A DNA stretch of 63,780 bases, filler included, from Folioceros fuciformis (taxonomy: Eukaryota), in NCBI GenBank assembly GCA_049999805.1. It is 15 parts of 15 records of this genome, joined end to end, with 100 filler letters (N's around TTAATTAATTAA, not from the genome) between each part and the next. Parts side by side here need not be neighbours in the genome. Positions count along the whole stretch, not along the records: positions 1 to 2,206 come from JBNGIO010004867.1; positions 2,307 to 4,170 come from JBNGIO010004868.1; positions 4,271 to 7,600 come from JBNGIO010004869.1; positions 7,701 to 17,987 come from JBNGIO010004870.1; 11 more parts are not named here. The stretch is one strand, 5' to 3'. Below, one piece after another: positions 1-12,350 of this stretch. Both the position numbers and the translations under genes were made by a program. The notes under the pieces are model-generated. The model saw only the letters and a list, made by a program, of their open reading frames with translations. It was not told the DNA's origin and searched no databases. Numbering within the stretch: position 1 is the first letter of the stretch; each line of letters begins with the position of its first letter.

Positions 1-1841
1 CGGTCAGGTTGGCGGATCCCGGAAGGCAGGAGGTCGGCTAGCAGGCGGGTTGTGTTGCTGGATCAGCCGACTAGCGACCAGGTCTAGGCGGCTAGGCGGG
101 CGGGCTGATCAAGCTGTGCGGGCCAGGGGGATGAGCCGGTCGGATGTGGAAGAGCTGCAGGGGGCGTTGCACAGGGCTGGCTAGCCGAGCGGGTGGCGGC
201 GTTGGATCTACAGGAATAGCAGGCCGGCACCGAATCCGAGCTGGGGTCTTAGCCGGATCATATGGGTTGGCTAGCTGTAGGGAGCCAGCAATGGCAGTGG
301 ATGGCGTGCGGCCGGGTGGCGGGCATAATCGATCAGCCAGCAGACCAAACAAGCGGGTGCTGTCGGCTTGGCAAGGTGATGGAGGCTGGCTAGCTGGCCA
401 GGCGGCTGGCAACAGCTGCTGAGGTCTAGGCGGCAAGCCACTGCAAGCAGGCAAACGTGGCCAGGCGTCTAGTGGGGCAGGCTGGAGTCGGATCCGGCTG
501 CGGTCCGAATGGATCCAGGATGGCCGGCCGGCTGGTCGAGGCTGGGCCAGACAGGGGTTGGCTGCAAGTGGCTGGATCCGGGGAACGCCCGCTGGCTGGC
601 AGGTGAATCCAGCAGGCTGGCCAGGACCGGATCCCGAAGCCAGGCGGGCTGCGGAGAAGCCTAGCCAGTAGCCATCCCGACCCGGCACAAGGCAGGCAGC
701 CCAGCCGGGATAGCAGGGCCAAACCGGTTGCAGGCAATCTGGCGCGTGGCTGGGCCAGCAGCGGCCCGGCTGTTGAGGAGCAGCCCGGCGACCCGGCAGC
801 AAGCAGGCCACCAGCGACAACCAGATCCGGGACGTGGTCAGCCCTTAGCAGGCGGGGGAGGCCGGGGAGGGCAACCAGGCCTGGGGGGTTGGGGTCTAGC
901 CGGGCAAGGAACCGGCTGGGCTACAGCGAGAGTCGGCCAGGCAGGCAGCTAGAGCTAGAGGCGGCATGGATTCCACCAAACGGCTGCAAATAGGCAGCCC
1001 TATCTGGCTGCAGGCAGACAGCGCTGCAAGCGAGCAGACCCGACCAACAGCAGGTGGCTTAGCAAGCGGGCTGCCTGACCGCATTCGGGGGGAATAGGCC
1101 GTCCTGTGGGCTGGCTACCTGGCTAGATCTAGGTCGGGCTGGCCAGCAAGTGAGCCCAGGCACGCGGGCAAATTGGTAGGGGGGGCCTGCCAGATCCGGT
1201 TAGCTTCCCGGCCGGATCTAGCCGGCCAGCAAGTTGGCCCGGCGGCTGGCATGGCCGTTGAGGAAGGCAGGCGGCCAGCAGCGTAGGCAGCGGCCTGGCC
1301 GGATCGCCAAGCAAGCCGCGTTGGTGGTAGGATGGCCGGAACCACAGGTCCAGCAGCCTGGGAGCCGGATTCGGGCTGAGGCCGATAGGATTCAGCGGGG
1401 TGGCCGGGCAGGCGGATTGAAGCAGGAGCCATCCAGGCTGGGGCCGGATTCAGTTGGCCAGACGGATCAGAGGGGAGCGCCGGCATCCAAGTGATCGGTG
1501 CTCCAAACATGCGGGTGCTAGGATCAGTCTAGCAAGCTGGCTAGTTGGTGGCGAATCTAAGCCTAGCCGGACTAATGGGACTGAGCGGGGCCGGGCTAGC
1601 AGGCGAATCAAGGCGGGGGTGGATCGGACCCAGGCAGACTGGATCGCGGCAGGATAGTAGGGGGAGTTGATGGCCAGCAGTGAGGCGCCTGATTCAGTGG
1701 TTGGACCGGTTCGGCAGCTAGGTGATTGGGGCTTAGAGACTCTTGATGGGTGTGACTGCAGGGAGGATCGGGGGTGCTAAGGGGCGGGGAGGAGGGATGG
1801 AGGCTCATCAGCCTATTCTCTCCTAAACGAAACCATTCACA
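1..1841 (+). repeat. GC-rich, low-complexity degenerate repeat; probably the distal part of a large LTR ending ...CATTCACA
   Basis: Dense GGCAGG/GGATCC/GCTGGC/CTAG motifs and no credible protein. Ends in TTCACA, the inverse of the TGTGAA terminus seen at 8414, 22922 and 60089. Confidence 0.5.
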
Positions 1842-2206
1842 TCCTCGTGCCCAAGCCAGAATTGGAACCCAGTCGTGCTAAGCACTGGCAAGTGAAGGTG
1901 GCTCCAATAGAGGAACTAGCCAAGAGAAGTGCGAGAGGCAGTGGGAGGCTTGATGGTGGTGGAGTGGGTTGCCAGGACAGTAGCTTGTTGTCAGGGGGAA
2001 GCCAATGGGGGTGTTCTGAGTGACACTCCACGGATGATAGGCCTTCCTAACAATATGAGGGAATGGAACATTCCATCTTGTGATCCTATGGCTTGGGGAG
2101 AAAGAGTGGTCAATTTTGAAGAGGTGACCACAGTACTGGAAGAAGGGGAGGTCCGAGGCGTTTGAGAGAGTTAAGGGCAGTTTTGAGAGGCACTGGTGAT
2201 TGTTGG

Positions 2207-2306
2207 NNNNNNNNNNNNNNNNNNNNNNNNNNNNNNNNNNNNNNNNNNNNTTAATTAATTAANNNNNNNNNNNNNNNNNNNNNNNNNNNNNNNNNNNNNN
2301 NNNNNN
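2207..2306. other. Artificial contig-join spacer (N44-TTAATTAATTAA-N44). First of 14; the others start at 4171, 7601, 17988, 19508, 22464, 29156, 31128, 41908, 43080, 45181, 58144, 60448 and 61657
   Basis: Identical 100-bp N/TTAATTAATTAA/N blocks; the core 12-mer places stop codons in all six frames. Confidence 0.98.
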
Positions 2307-2371
2307 GAACTGGTAGAGGGAGAGCAGCTGTAACCCCTTCACCTAGGGATCTACGTGCAACAAGGAGGAAT

Positions 2372-3764
2372 TTGTTGAGAGGGGAGAGTAGCTTGACCCC
2401 TAAGGCTAGCACCCTTGTGGAGGAGGAGCTGCCTTGGTCAAGTGGAGAGCACGAATCTGAAGGGTCGATTGCCAGAGAGCGTGACATCCAGAAGGTTGGT
2501 ATTACATCCAGTCGCAGGAAGGAGTCTTACAGCCAACAAGTGGGTCGTGTTGAGAGGGAGTCTGTGTTACAGTCGAGTGTTTTGCAGTCAACTCTAGGTG
2601 ATACTTCAGTTGTGGTATCATTGCTGGATAGCTTGCAGTCACTTGTTGGTGGTCAGCCAGACCCCTTGCCGGCCATTGTTCCATTGTCAGCCCCCGTAGT
2701 GGTTTCAGTAGGGGCTATACTTCCTATGTCAAGTATTAGCCAAGTGGGTGGAGGAGTTGCTGCAAGGATGGCTGCTCCTATTCACAGTCGTCAACAATAC
2801 GTGAAGTTTGGAGACAAGAGAAGAGGGGAGGATGCTGAATCCTTCCTAAGGACGTTCGAGCATGTGTCTCGTGCCAACATGGAGGACACTACAGCTGATC
2901 GTTTGAGGATCTTCCCAGGTTTGCTGAGAGGACAAGGTCAGCAGTGGTACAGTCGAACGTATGGAGTGACACCACCAGTGGATTGGGACAACTTGAAGGA
3001 CAATTTCTTGACCAGGTTTCGAGGTCTCAGCCATGGCCATCACACCTACGCAATGTTGAGGACTTTGAAGCGAGGAAGGAAGGAGGATCTCTATTATTAC
3101 ATTGAGAGGTTCTACAGCTATGTGGACAGGATCCCACGTGGCAGGCCAGTTGTTCCAGGAGGTTCGAGTACTCCAGGGTACATGAATGCTCAAGCTTTGG
3201 ATTGGTTTGCTGGAGGACTGCCCGATCGGATGGCAACCTACTGCACAAGAGGTGTGACCACTTTGTAGGAGGCTTTGAAGGCTGCTGAAGATTTTGAGTT
3301 GTCGGAGTTGAGCAGAGAGAAGAGGAAGTAGAACCGGAAGTATGGGCATCATAGGAGGTCGAGGCATCACAGCCCATCTTCCTCTTCAAGGTCGAGGTCA
3401 CCGTCTCACTCTGATCCGGATTATGACAGCCTTGTGTCGGATCCTTACAACGATGAGGAGTCCGACAGGGCTTATGAGAAGAGGATGAGGAAGGATCTGG
3501 AGAAAGCACGCAAGAGGCGTGAGGAGGATGAGGATCGTCGAGCTGAGAAGGACAGGAGAGGCAAAGGATCCTATAGGATGGAGAGAGGCGAACCGTCCTC
3601 AAGTGGTGGAGGACTAACCAGTCAGGTTGAGGCATTGACGAGGAGGCTGGCCGAGCTAGAGGTGAAGGCTGTACGCAACCAAGCACCAAGGAGGTCACCT
3701 TCACCGGGTCGGCAGCTGGTGTACTGTGGAGTAGAACTTGCATCCAAGAACCACCAAGGGCCAC
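2372..3764 (+). mobile_element. Degenerate Ty3/gypsy-like gag (retrotransposon capsid) region
   Basis: EDAESFLRTFE...LLRGQGQQWY...DWDNLKDNFLTRF...LKRGRKEDLYYYIERF...FAGGLP capsid-like motifs, followed by an Arg/Ser-rich segment; in-frame stops. Confidence 0.7.
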
Positions 3765-4270
3765 ACTTCCCCCTTGTTATCATCGTAGTACTAGGATTCG
3801 CTGCCAAGGGAGTGAACCAGTGTCAAAGTTTCCTACAATTTCCCTCACTCTGCCCTAATCTGATCCTATCTATCAGTCGGCTTCTAGACCTAGCCACACT
3901 ACAACAAAAAAGATCAGAACCTTGTACCCTAAACCCTTCAACACCAACTACACCCCAGTTGAATGAGGGCTCAGCATCATCTTCAGCCCCCACTCCTAGC
4001 TCCGGGTATTAGCCGCCTCAGCAGCTGAGAGGAGGTTCTAGCCCTGGCCTCAACCTCCACTCTCAGCCCCAAATGCCAACAACCTCAGCAGCTGATTGAG
4101 AACTTCAGCACCCAAGCTCCTCACCTCAGCACAACAACTCTCTACTCCAGCACTTCAAGTCTCTACTCCANNNNNNNNNNNNNNNNNNNNNNNNNNNNNN
4201 NNNNNNNNNNNNNNTTAATTAATTAANNNNNNNNNNNNNNNNNNNNNNNNNNNNNNNNNNNNNNNNNNNN

Positions 4271-7200
4271 CGTCCCCACCATGCCTCAAAAGGTGTCTTC
4301 CCAGGTAACACTCTAGTAGGCATGCGATTTAGAAGATAATTAGCTGTGTTGATTGCCTCGGCCTAGTACATTCTAGGAAGACGTGATTGCCGCAGCAAGG
4401 CACGAGCTATCTCCTGCAACAACTGATTCTTCTTCTCGGCAACTCCATTTAATTGTGCAGTGTACGGAACAGTCAACTGCCTCTGAATGCCAAGATCCCC
4501 ACAATACTGCTTAAACTCCAATGATATGTATTCCCCACCATTGTCGGATCGAAGGCAGCGCAAATTTCGGCCGGTTTGTCGCTCCCCCAAGTGCAAAAAC
4601 TCTTTAAACTTCTCCAGAGTCTCACTCTTATGTTTTAGGATATATAAGCTGCAGTACCGTGTACAGTCATCTATAAACGTGAGGAAAAAGGATCCTCCAC
4701 CAACGGATGGCACAGAGATGGGACCGCAAATATCAGAATGCACGAGCTCCAGCGGAGAGGATGCACGGTAAGCACCAGATTTATCAAAAGCCAGTTCACG
4801 ATGCTTGCTGTAAATGCATGACTCACAGAGTGGCAGTGCCCCCACTTGTCCTGATATACCATCTGAATACAGGTTTCCAATCTTCATGGCCAGCAACCGC
4901 CTCTCATGTGGGTGTCCACACCGCAAATGCCAGAGCATGGCAACCTCACTAGGCGTCAAGCTGTTGCTCACACCAGCAACATCCAAGGTAGGAAGCTTCC
5001 CTCCAGGCAAACTTAATTGGTAAATATCGTTCACAGGGAACCCCTCTGCCAAGACGTCATCCAGTTTGGTTTTGTGAACAATGCTGCATTTGTCCTCTTG
5101 AAAGGAAACATACATGCCACTCTCCGCTGTAAGCTTGCGAACTGATACAAGGTTCTTTGTGATTGCAGGTACATGAAGTACATTTAGCAACTCAAGCTTT
5201 CTCCCACGATGTAAGTGTAACACAACCTTTCCAGTGCCAACAATAGGCAGTGCACTCTCATCTCCTAACAGCACTGACTAAGCTTCATTGTATCGTTGAT
5301 ACTCACAGAAGAAGGACTGATCATGGCATATATGCGCAGAGGCTCCCGAATCAACAAACCAAGCTGACGTACGAGTGCCAGCTGTTGCCAAACAAACAGT
5401 AAGAATAACCTGTGAGCCCTTCTTCTTTGGAACGTGAACAGTGTGAGCCTCCTGGGTGCCTGCACCCTCTTTCTTTGGCTCACCAGCTTTCCGTTTTCTG
5501 CAGTCCCGCGCCCAATGGCCGGGAATACCGCACCAGTTGCAATTCCCAGGCTTCTTCTGGATGCTTGAAGTCTAACCAGGTCCACTGACTGTAGGTCTGC
5601 CTCCCCTATTTGCATTCCAGCCTCCACGGCCTCTGCCAGCAAATAATGCCTGAGCATGTTGTGGCTGTGATCTACCAGATTTGGAGGAGAGGCGTGTTGC
5701 CTCTTCTTGAAGCATTGCAGCAACGACGCCGTTAAACGTCAGAGGTTCTGCATCAACATTCAATGCCTTGGAAAGACGAGCTTCGACCTTGGCCATGGCC
5801 TGCTGACCAGTGACAAAGGGTCCATAGCTAGGTGGTAAGGAATTTAGCAGCCTGCAGCTGGCCTCATAGTCTGAAACTTTTGTTCCAGTTGAGCATAGCT
5901 TAGCTCTAGCAATCCTAAACCGACCTATGTAATGTTCGACTGTTTCTCCTTCTTGCATCTGAAGTCCATGGTATCTTGCAGAGGCCGACATGGAAGCAGC
6001 CATGTCGTGTGAGGCGAACATCATCGCCAGGTGGTTCCACATGTCCATTGCAGATTCACCTGGGCCATCGGATGCTTGCCTAATCATTTCAGGAGACAAT
6101 CCTGATCTTATAAGGTTCCTTGCCCGAATATCAGCCAGGTTCCATATGGGCAAGTCAGCAGAGCTCACAGCAGGTTTGGGCGACTCTCCGCTCACAACTT
6201 TCCAGAGGTTCTTTTCCTCAAGAGCCCCTTGCATACGCATCACCCAGATGTCGTATTCACTTCCTGTCACCAGGCGGTCTTTCTCCTTGAATCCACCGCT
6301 AGTAAGTGACTGCAATGCACTTAGCATTTCATTCCTTGCTTTTTCGTCGTCGTCGCCCATTGTGTAACTGTTAAACCAACTATAATTCTGGTCTGTTTGA
6401 TCTGTGTTCAAGGGTACTTGATCAACCACTTCTTGATCATCTTCATCAAAATCAAACAAACCAACATCCTCAGCAAGTTCCCTCAATCACTCCAGGGTAC
6501 TGTAAACACCTCTCTCACTACAACAACTCCCGGTATTGTTTAGATCAGTGACTTGCCTTGACTGACAGAGTGTATAACATGGATTTGTATCAGGAACTGG
6601 TGGTTGGAGAACATGAGTATTTTCATGAAGTAGAGGTTTCATCAGAACGAAGAGCTTAATGTCTATCTATTTAAGATGATCCTCTAGTCTTGCTATGTTA
6701 TCCGTTAGAGTGTCTAAGGTAGTAAGGATGTGTTGAGTTCGATAGAGAGCTGTGCTATTAATGTTATCTAACCTCTGAGTAAGATGATGAACAACTACAG
6801 CAAGTGAATCATTAGACTCTCTAACAGGCTGTGGACGACGTCGTGGGGTGAAGGGCTCTCTTGGACAAAACTGGTTTTGATATTGACGAGACCTGCGGTA
6901 GGCATGAATGCTTGGATTAGGTGTTGCTAGATCAGGGATTCTATTGAGTAGGTTCATCCAATCTGGACAGGCTTGTCTGTTGGGAGAGATGTTAGAGACT
7001 TCATAGGGAGGGACAGGCTGGAAAGACCGGGATTCAATTCCTCTGTTTCTCCTTCGACGTTGAGCCATCACTCAAAAACAAGACAGCCCTTCCTGGCTAC
7101 TTGCAGGTCAGCATCCATCCTGCACTTAATTTATTCTTAGAAAGTGTGCTTCCCAGCAAACATGTGTAGATTCTTAAGACTTACGGAGAAGCAGCTTTGC

Positions 7201-7553
7201 TCTCTTGCGTATAGAAAAGCACCAACACTTCGGTTAGCAGGACAAAGCCTTCTCTCTAACCTGAAGTGCATCAACTGCCCGGTGGATCAAGAATGCAAGC
7301 TCCGCATCCAGAAATTGTGCCAGATAAGTCATCCACCAGAGTTGGTATTCCAGATCGGGCCGCATTTCCTCGCTGTTTGATGCCCCACGCAACCATGCAT
7401 CTGAACTGCAGGGATGCCGTCCAGAATCCCATCACACCAGCGCTGCTTGCATAAAGGTACTGCCTGCTCTCAAGCATGCGAAGCAAAATCAGCAGCCACC
7501 GATTGTGGCAGGCAGCGCGCCCAAGTGCGCAATCAATTCTAGCTCTGATACCA
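4271..7553 (-). mobile_element. Ty1/copia element, 5' part: PBS, leader ORF, gag, zinc knuckle, protease and integrase
   Basis: gag ORF 5572-6486; CNWCGIPGHWARDC knuckle; ORF 4363-5274 with LWHLRCGH, LVHSDICGP and LRSDNGGEY integrase motifs. Confidence 0.93.
7542..7553 (-). promoter_or_regulatory. Primer-binding site (tRNA-iMet) TGGTATCAGAGC
   Basis: Plus-strand GCTCTGATACCA upstream of the copia gag. Confidence 0.9.
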
Positions 7554-7700
7554 TCATGCGATTATACAAACATAGATAGATTATTTTTATATAGATGCGC
7601 NNNNNNNNNNNNNNNNNNNNNNNNNNNNNNNNNNNNNNNNNNNNTTAATTAATTAANNNNNNNNNNNNNNNNNNNNNNNNNNNNNNNNNNNNNNNNNNNN

Positions 7701-8414
7701 GGCAGGCCTGGCCCTGCATCAGCCGAATCCTGCAGCTCGCCTCAGCCTCCTCTCCTGCACACCGCCTATCCCATCTTCGTCGATCCCTCCTCCTGCTTGC
7801 AATCTGGATCCAAAGAAGAAGAAGAGGCACAAAAAGGTGGCAAGGGAGATGAGAGGGAAGGGGAAGAACAAGGAGAGGGGGCAAGAAGGGAATGGAGGAG
7901 GAAGGGGGAAAGGAAGAGAGGGGGAAAAGGGATGGAGGCGGCCGTAACCCCTGCCTCTACCTCAAGCTAGGGCATGGCCTCCATGGCCGTTCATGCCAGC
8001 CAAGCAATCAGCCAGCTTATCGTCAGACCTTGACCCCTGACACTGACACACCCAGATACCCGTTCCTATGTTCAAACCATTATTATATTATTTTTATTAT
8101 TTAATATTATTCTATTATTATTTAATCATTTAATATTATATATCTTTAATTAATATTAAACTAATCACCCAACCCTATGGCCTGGTACCAAACCTAAACC
8201 TTCCCAGGTCTGGGACCAAACCTATACCCACTCTTATAACCAAACCAACTATTTCCTGGTCAATTAACCTAATTAATACAAAGAAAAATAGGAAAAATGA
8301 CCAGAAAATCAAGGAAAATTAGGGAAAATAAGTTGAAAAAGAAAACCAAACCATACCACTATCAACCCTTTTTCAACCAAAACAAATTACTACCCCGAAC
8401 TTTGGAGGTTCACA
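7701..8414 (-). repeat. Terminus of a dispersed LTR-like repeat starting TGTGAACCTCCAAAGTT (copy 1), inserted into a LINE
   Basis: Near-identical to 22564-22922 and to the reverse complement of 60089-60447; AT-rich block followed by GC-rich sequence. Confidence 0.85.
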
Positions 8415-10400
8415 CTAGGTAATCCTCCTCGAAAGCTCCAACCCCTCGGCACCTGCACCTGGTCGTTGTGTTTGAGCGAGGAGTGACTCACGGCAGAAGG
8501 CTGCCTTGGACTGCCTCCGGCAATGAGGCAAGAGTGACGCTGAATAACCCTGGTTGCCAAAGACCTGGATCTCTAAACACCTGTCTTTCAGACAAGCCGT
8601 CTCTTGAGGCACCTGAGGGTCTCTGCTGAGAAAAAGCCTCTCCTTGAATCACTTCAGATCCTGCTGAAACCCTCCGTTCAGGTTCTGTGTCTTGACTTGT
8701 CACCTGGGCAACCTTCACCTGCTCCTACAGATCCACATCACCCTGCTTACCCGAGTGGTGGGAAGGAGCCTCCTCTCGAGTTTCTACTTCCATCAGCAAA
8801 GCACGATCCTCCTCCATGTCCTCCTTCCATATGAGCTCCCACTCCCCAGGAAGAGAGATTGTGATCGGCGAGGTGAGCAGTCCTAAGAAGCCAAGGTGAG
8901 CTTTAAAAGAAATTCTGGTTGCAAGGGTGACCCTGCCTTTGCCAAACTTTGCGTCTTTGACTAAGGCTAGCACCTTCGACTCCCCCAGCCATTGCGACTT
9001 GTTGGAAGTTAGGATCCGGCACTCCCTCCCCAAGTCAAGCAAAGTGTTAAAATAGAGAATCGCTGAGGAACCTTCAGTTCGATGATAGAGGGTGCTGAAC
9101 CTAGCCTCCCATGAATAACTATTTGCACAGTCTTCCCCCAGCCCCAACCCCTCTTGAATAACACTCATGGCCCTCCTCCTGACTGTTTCCCACAACAAGG
9201 GAAGACAAAAACTATCAGCAACACCTAGCTGTAGTGACTGAGTTAGTAACGCATGCATCTCCTCCCACTTCGGCATTCAGAAGTAGAAAGTGTTCTCCAC
9301 CTTCTTCTGCACAAGTATACAAATTTCACTTGTGTGGTGGTCGTGTCCGCTAGCCTCGGGAAGACTTCTTCCTAGATTCGGCGAGACCATTGTTGTGTTT
9401 CCACGTTCGCTCTCCAAAGCTTTTTCTGGACACCTTGAAACCCCGGTAGGGGTTCAAACTGTATCTCCTCTGATTTGTCACACTTGCCTCTTGAACCTGA
9501 GCGAAGCGGACAAGCTTGCTTAAGGTGATTAGTAAGGCCACAAATTCCACACCTGAAGAGAACACTTGGGTAGCCAAAGAGCTGTGTATAGCTCTTTGAA
9601 GAATCTTCCGGATCTCGAACCACCACCCCTGAAGGCAAGGAATTGAGGTTATCAACTCTTACACCAAATCGTGGAGGCTTGCTTCTATCGAAAAAGCGGG
9701 AGTCCACCTTAGGAACCTCGACCACCCACCCGATTGTTTCCAGAATCTTGTTGATCAGCGAAATAAGTTGCACAGGTAAGGCGGGCAGCCGCACCCAAAC
9801 AAAGTGCCTCTTGATCTGGGATTGCATGATTGTGCTTCTAGGAGACCACGTCTTGACCATCACCAAAGTTGAGCCTCGGAAGGGCAGTGTTGTTTGCAAG
9901 AGTGCTAGGGCCCCAGCTGCTTCATCGCATTTAATTTGAAAGGATCCATCCTCTTTCAGGAAGACGTATGCAGGGGGACACCCTCTGACGTGAGCTACCC
10001 AATCCTCCAATTCCCCTACTGAAGGCTGCCCTCCAGTAGAAAGCCTTCCCACCACCGAGCTAATCGCCAACCTAGTCTCCTCCTGTTGAAAGAATTGTTC
10101 CTCAGTAAGGATGTCCGCCAAGGGACCAAGTTGGATGTCGGCTTCCTCATTCGCTGGGACTGAGACAGATTCTGTACTTGTGACCCATTTGACCTCCCAC
10201 GAGCGGTGTCATTCTCGAGACTCCGTACGTGTGCCTCCTTCTCAGGCGTTGCTTTCTTCTCCCTAGGCTCATTGGGATTAGTTGTTGGCGCCACCACGTT
10301 AGGCTTCCGGCCATTGTACTTATCTAAGCACATACCGGCCACTTCGGCCCATGTGTGGACTGTCGAGCCCCCCCGCGGGGTGCTCACTACTTCCATAGTA
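8415..10400 (-). mobile_element. L1-like LINE ORF1 remnant (DUF4283-like region plus CX2CX4HX4C zinc knuckle)
   Basis: ORF 9372-10121: VKTWSP...WVRLPALPVQL...IGWVVEV...CGICGLTNHLKQAC. Confidence 0.78.
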
Positions 10401-10543
10401 GCATCACGCTTCTAGCTACCGCTGCATTCTGCTCCTCTCTCCCCCGGCCAGGAAAAGATAACAGCATGGAATTCCTTCACAATCTTCAATCGTTCTAAGT
10501 TGATAGCTATGTCTATGCCAGAATGTTATCGTGAAGAACTTCC

Positions 10544-12350
10544 TGAAGGATCGCTAGGGGAGCTACATGGTGAAAGAGGAGGGGAGCCACATGATGAAGG
10601 AGGAGAGGAGAAAGCAAGGTCTCACACATTGTCTCTCTATATTGCAAGGGAGCGTAAGAGGGTATTTATACCCTTTAGAAGAGCTCCCAAGGAAGCTTCA
10701 CAGGAAGCTCATAGGAAGCTGCGCAAGAAGCTTCCTAAAGATTAGCTTAAGCTAATCTAAACAAATGATACTTAACTATACCCTAATCTTAGACTAAGCA
10801 CATTAGTCTAAGCACATTGGGCTTTAATAACCCTACAACCTCCCACTTAAAGGCCAATTTACCTTCATAGGAGAGTGGTCTACCTCATGCCCATGAGTGT
10901 CCAAGCTTGTGCAAATTGCTCTGTAGAGAGCCCCTTGGTAAGAATATCTGTAGGGTTCTGACTGGTGTGAACTTTGACAAGTTGCACCCTCTTGTCTTCC
11001 AACACCTCTCGAATGAAGTGATACTTCACTTCCACATGTTTGGTCTTTGCGTGAAACATTGGATTCTTCGCCAATTATATAGCACTCTGGCTATCACAAT
11101 GCAACACTGGCAGCTCAACCTTGATCCCCAAGTCTCCCACTAAACGAGCAAGCCACATGGCTTCCTTGCAAGCCTCAGTCGCTGCAACATACTCGGCCTC
11201 TGTGGTAAATAGCGTTATGCATGATTGCAAACGAGATCGCCATGATGTAGGACCACTAGAGGAGGTACATGGTGAAGGAGGAGAGGTGGAGGCAAGGAGG
11301 AGAGGAGAAAGAGAGGTCACACTCTTACAATGAGTCTCGATATGCAAGGGAGTTCAAGGGGGTATTTATACCCTCTAGAAGAGCTCCTTAGGGAGCTTCA
11401 TAAGAAGCGCACAGGAAGCTGCGCAAGAAGCTTCCTACATATTAGCTTAAGCTAATCTAAACTAATGATACTTAACTAGACACTAATCTTAGACTAAACA
11501 CATTAGTCTAAGCACATTGGGCTTTAATAACCCTACACATGAGACTACCCCTCCAGTGCATATGAAGACATAACTTGATGTGGACCTCCTTTTGTCCATA
11601 TCCCCAACATAATTAGCATCCGTATATCCCACGAAAAATGCATCTTCACTACCAAAACATATGCACAAAGCTTTTGTACCATTTAAATACCTCATAACTC
11701 CTTTTATTGCCTCCCAATGCTTCTTCCAAGGTTTGACATAAACCTGCTAACCACTCCCACTGCAAAAGCAATGTTAGGACGTGTAGCAATCATTGCACAC
11801 ATGAAACTCCCTACAGTTGATGAGTATGGAACCTTCTCCATTTCAGCTTTGTCCTCCGTAGAATTTGGGCAATCCTTGCTCGACAGTTTCACATATGGAG
11901 GCAACGGAGTACTCAATACCTTCCCCTTCTCCATATTGAAACGTTGAAGCACCTTGTTAATGTATGCAGTCTGAGACAAGTAAAGCAAACGCTTCTGTCT
12001 GTCTTGACGAATACGCATGCCAAGAATATGGCTTGCCTCTCCCAAGTCTGTCATGTCAAAGTGAGCATTCAACTTTGACTTCAACGTTGAAATCTCATCA
12101 CTGCTATTCCTAGCAATTAGCATATCATCCACATAGAGGACCAAAATGACAAGCTTCCATCCTTAGCTTGCTTCGTATAGAGGCAATGATCCTCATTGCT
12201 ACGTTTCTAGCCTTGAGAAAGCCTAAATGAGTGGAACTTATAATACCAGTCCCTGGGTGCCTATTTCAAATCATAAAGGCTCTTCTGTAACCTGCACACC
12301 AGATTCTCTTTTCGCTTCTCAATGAAACCCTTTGGTTGTTGCATGTATAC
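10544..12350 (-). mobile_element. Ty1/copia 3' part: RT, RNase H, PPT and 3' LTR (10544-10837)
   Basis: LYVDDMLI, GYTDANY, TTEAEYVAA and HAKTKHVEVKYHFIRE motifs; purine tract AAGTGGGAGGT directly before the minus-strand LTR start TGTAGGG. Confidence 0.92.
11246..11537 (-). mobile_element. 292-bp solo LTR with 5-bp target-site duplication CATGA
   Basis: TGTAGG...CCTACA inverted termini; CATGA at 11241-11245 and 11538-11542; splits the RNase H segment GGVVS/WRSRLQ. Confidence 0.93.

Noticed and set aside
92-1808. Many overlapping Pro/Ala/Gly/Arg-rich ORFs
   Set aside because: By-products of GC-rich low-complexity repeat sequence; no domain motifs.
10544-11537. A TRIM formed by two nearby LTRs
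   Set aside because: The second LTR has its own TSD and no adjacent PBS; the intervening DNA is RNase H of the host copia.
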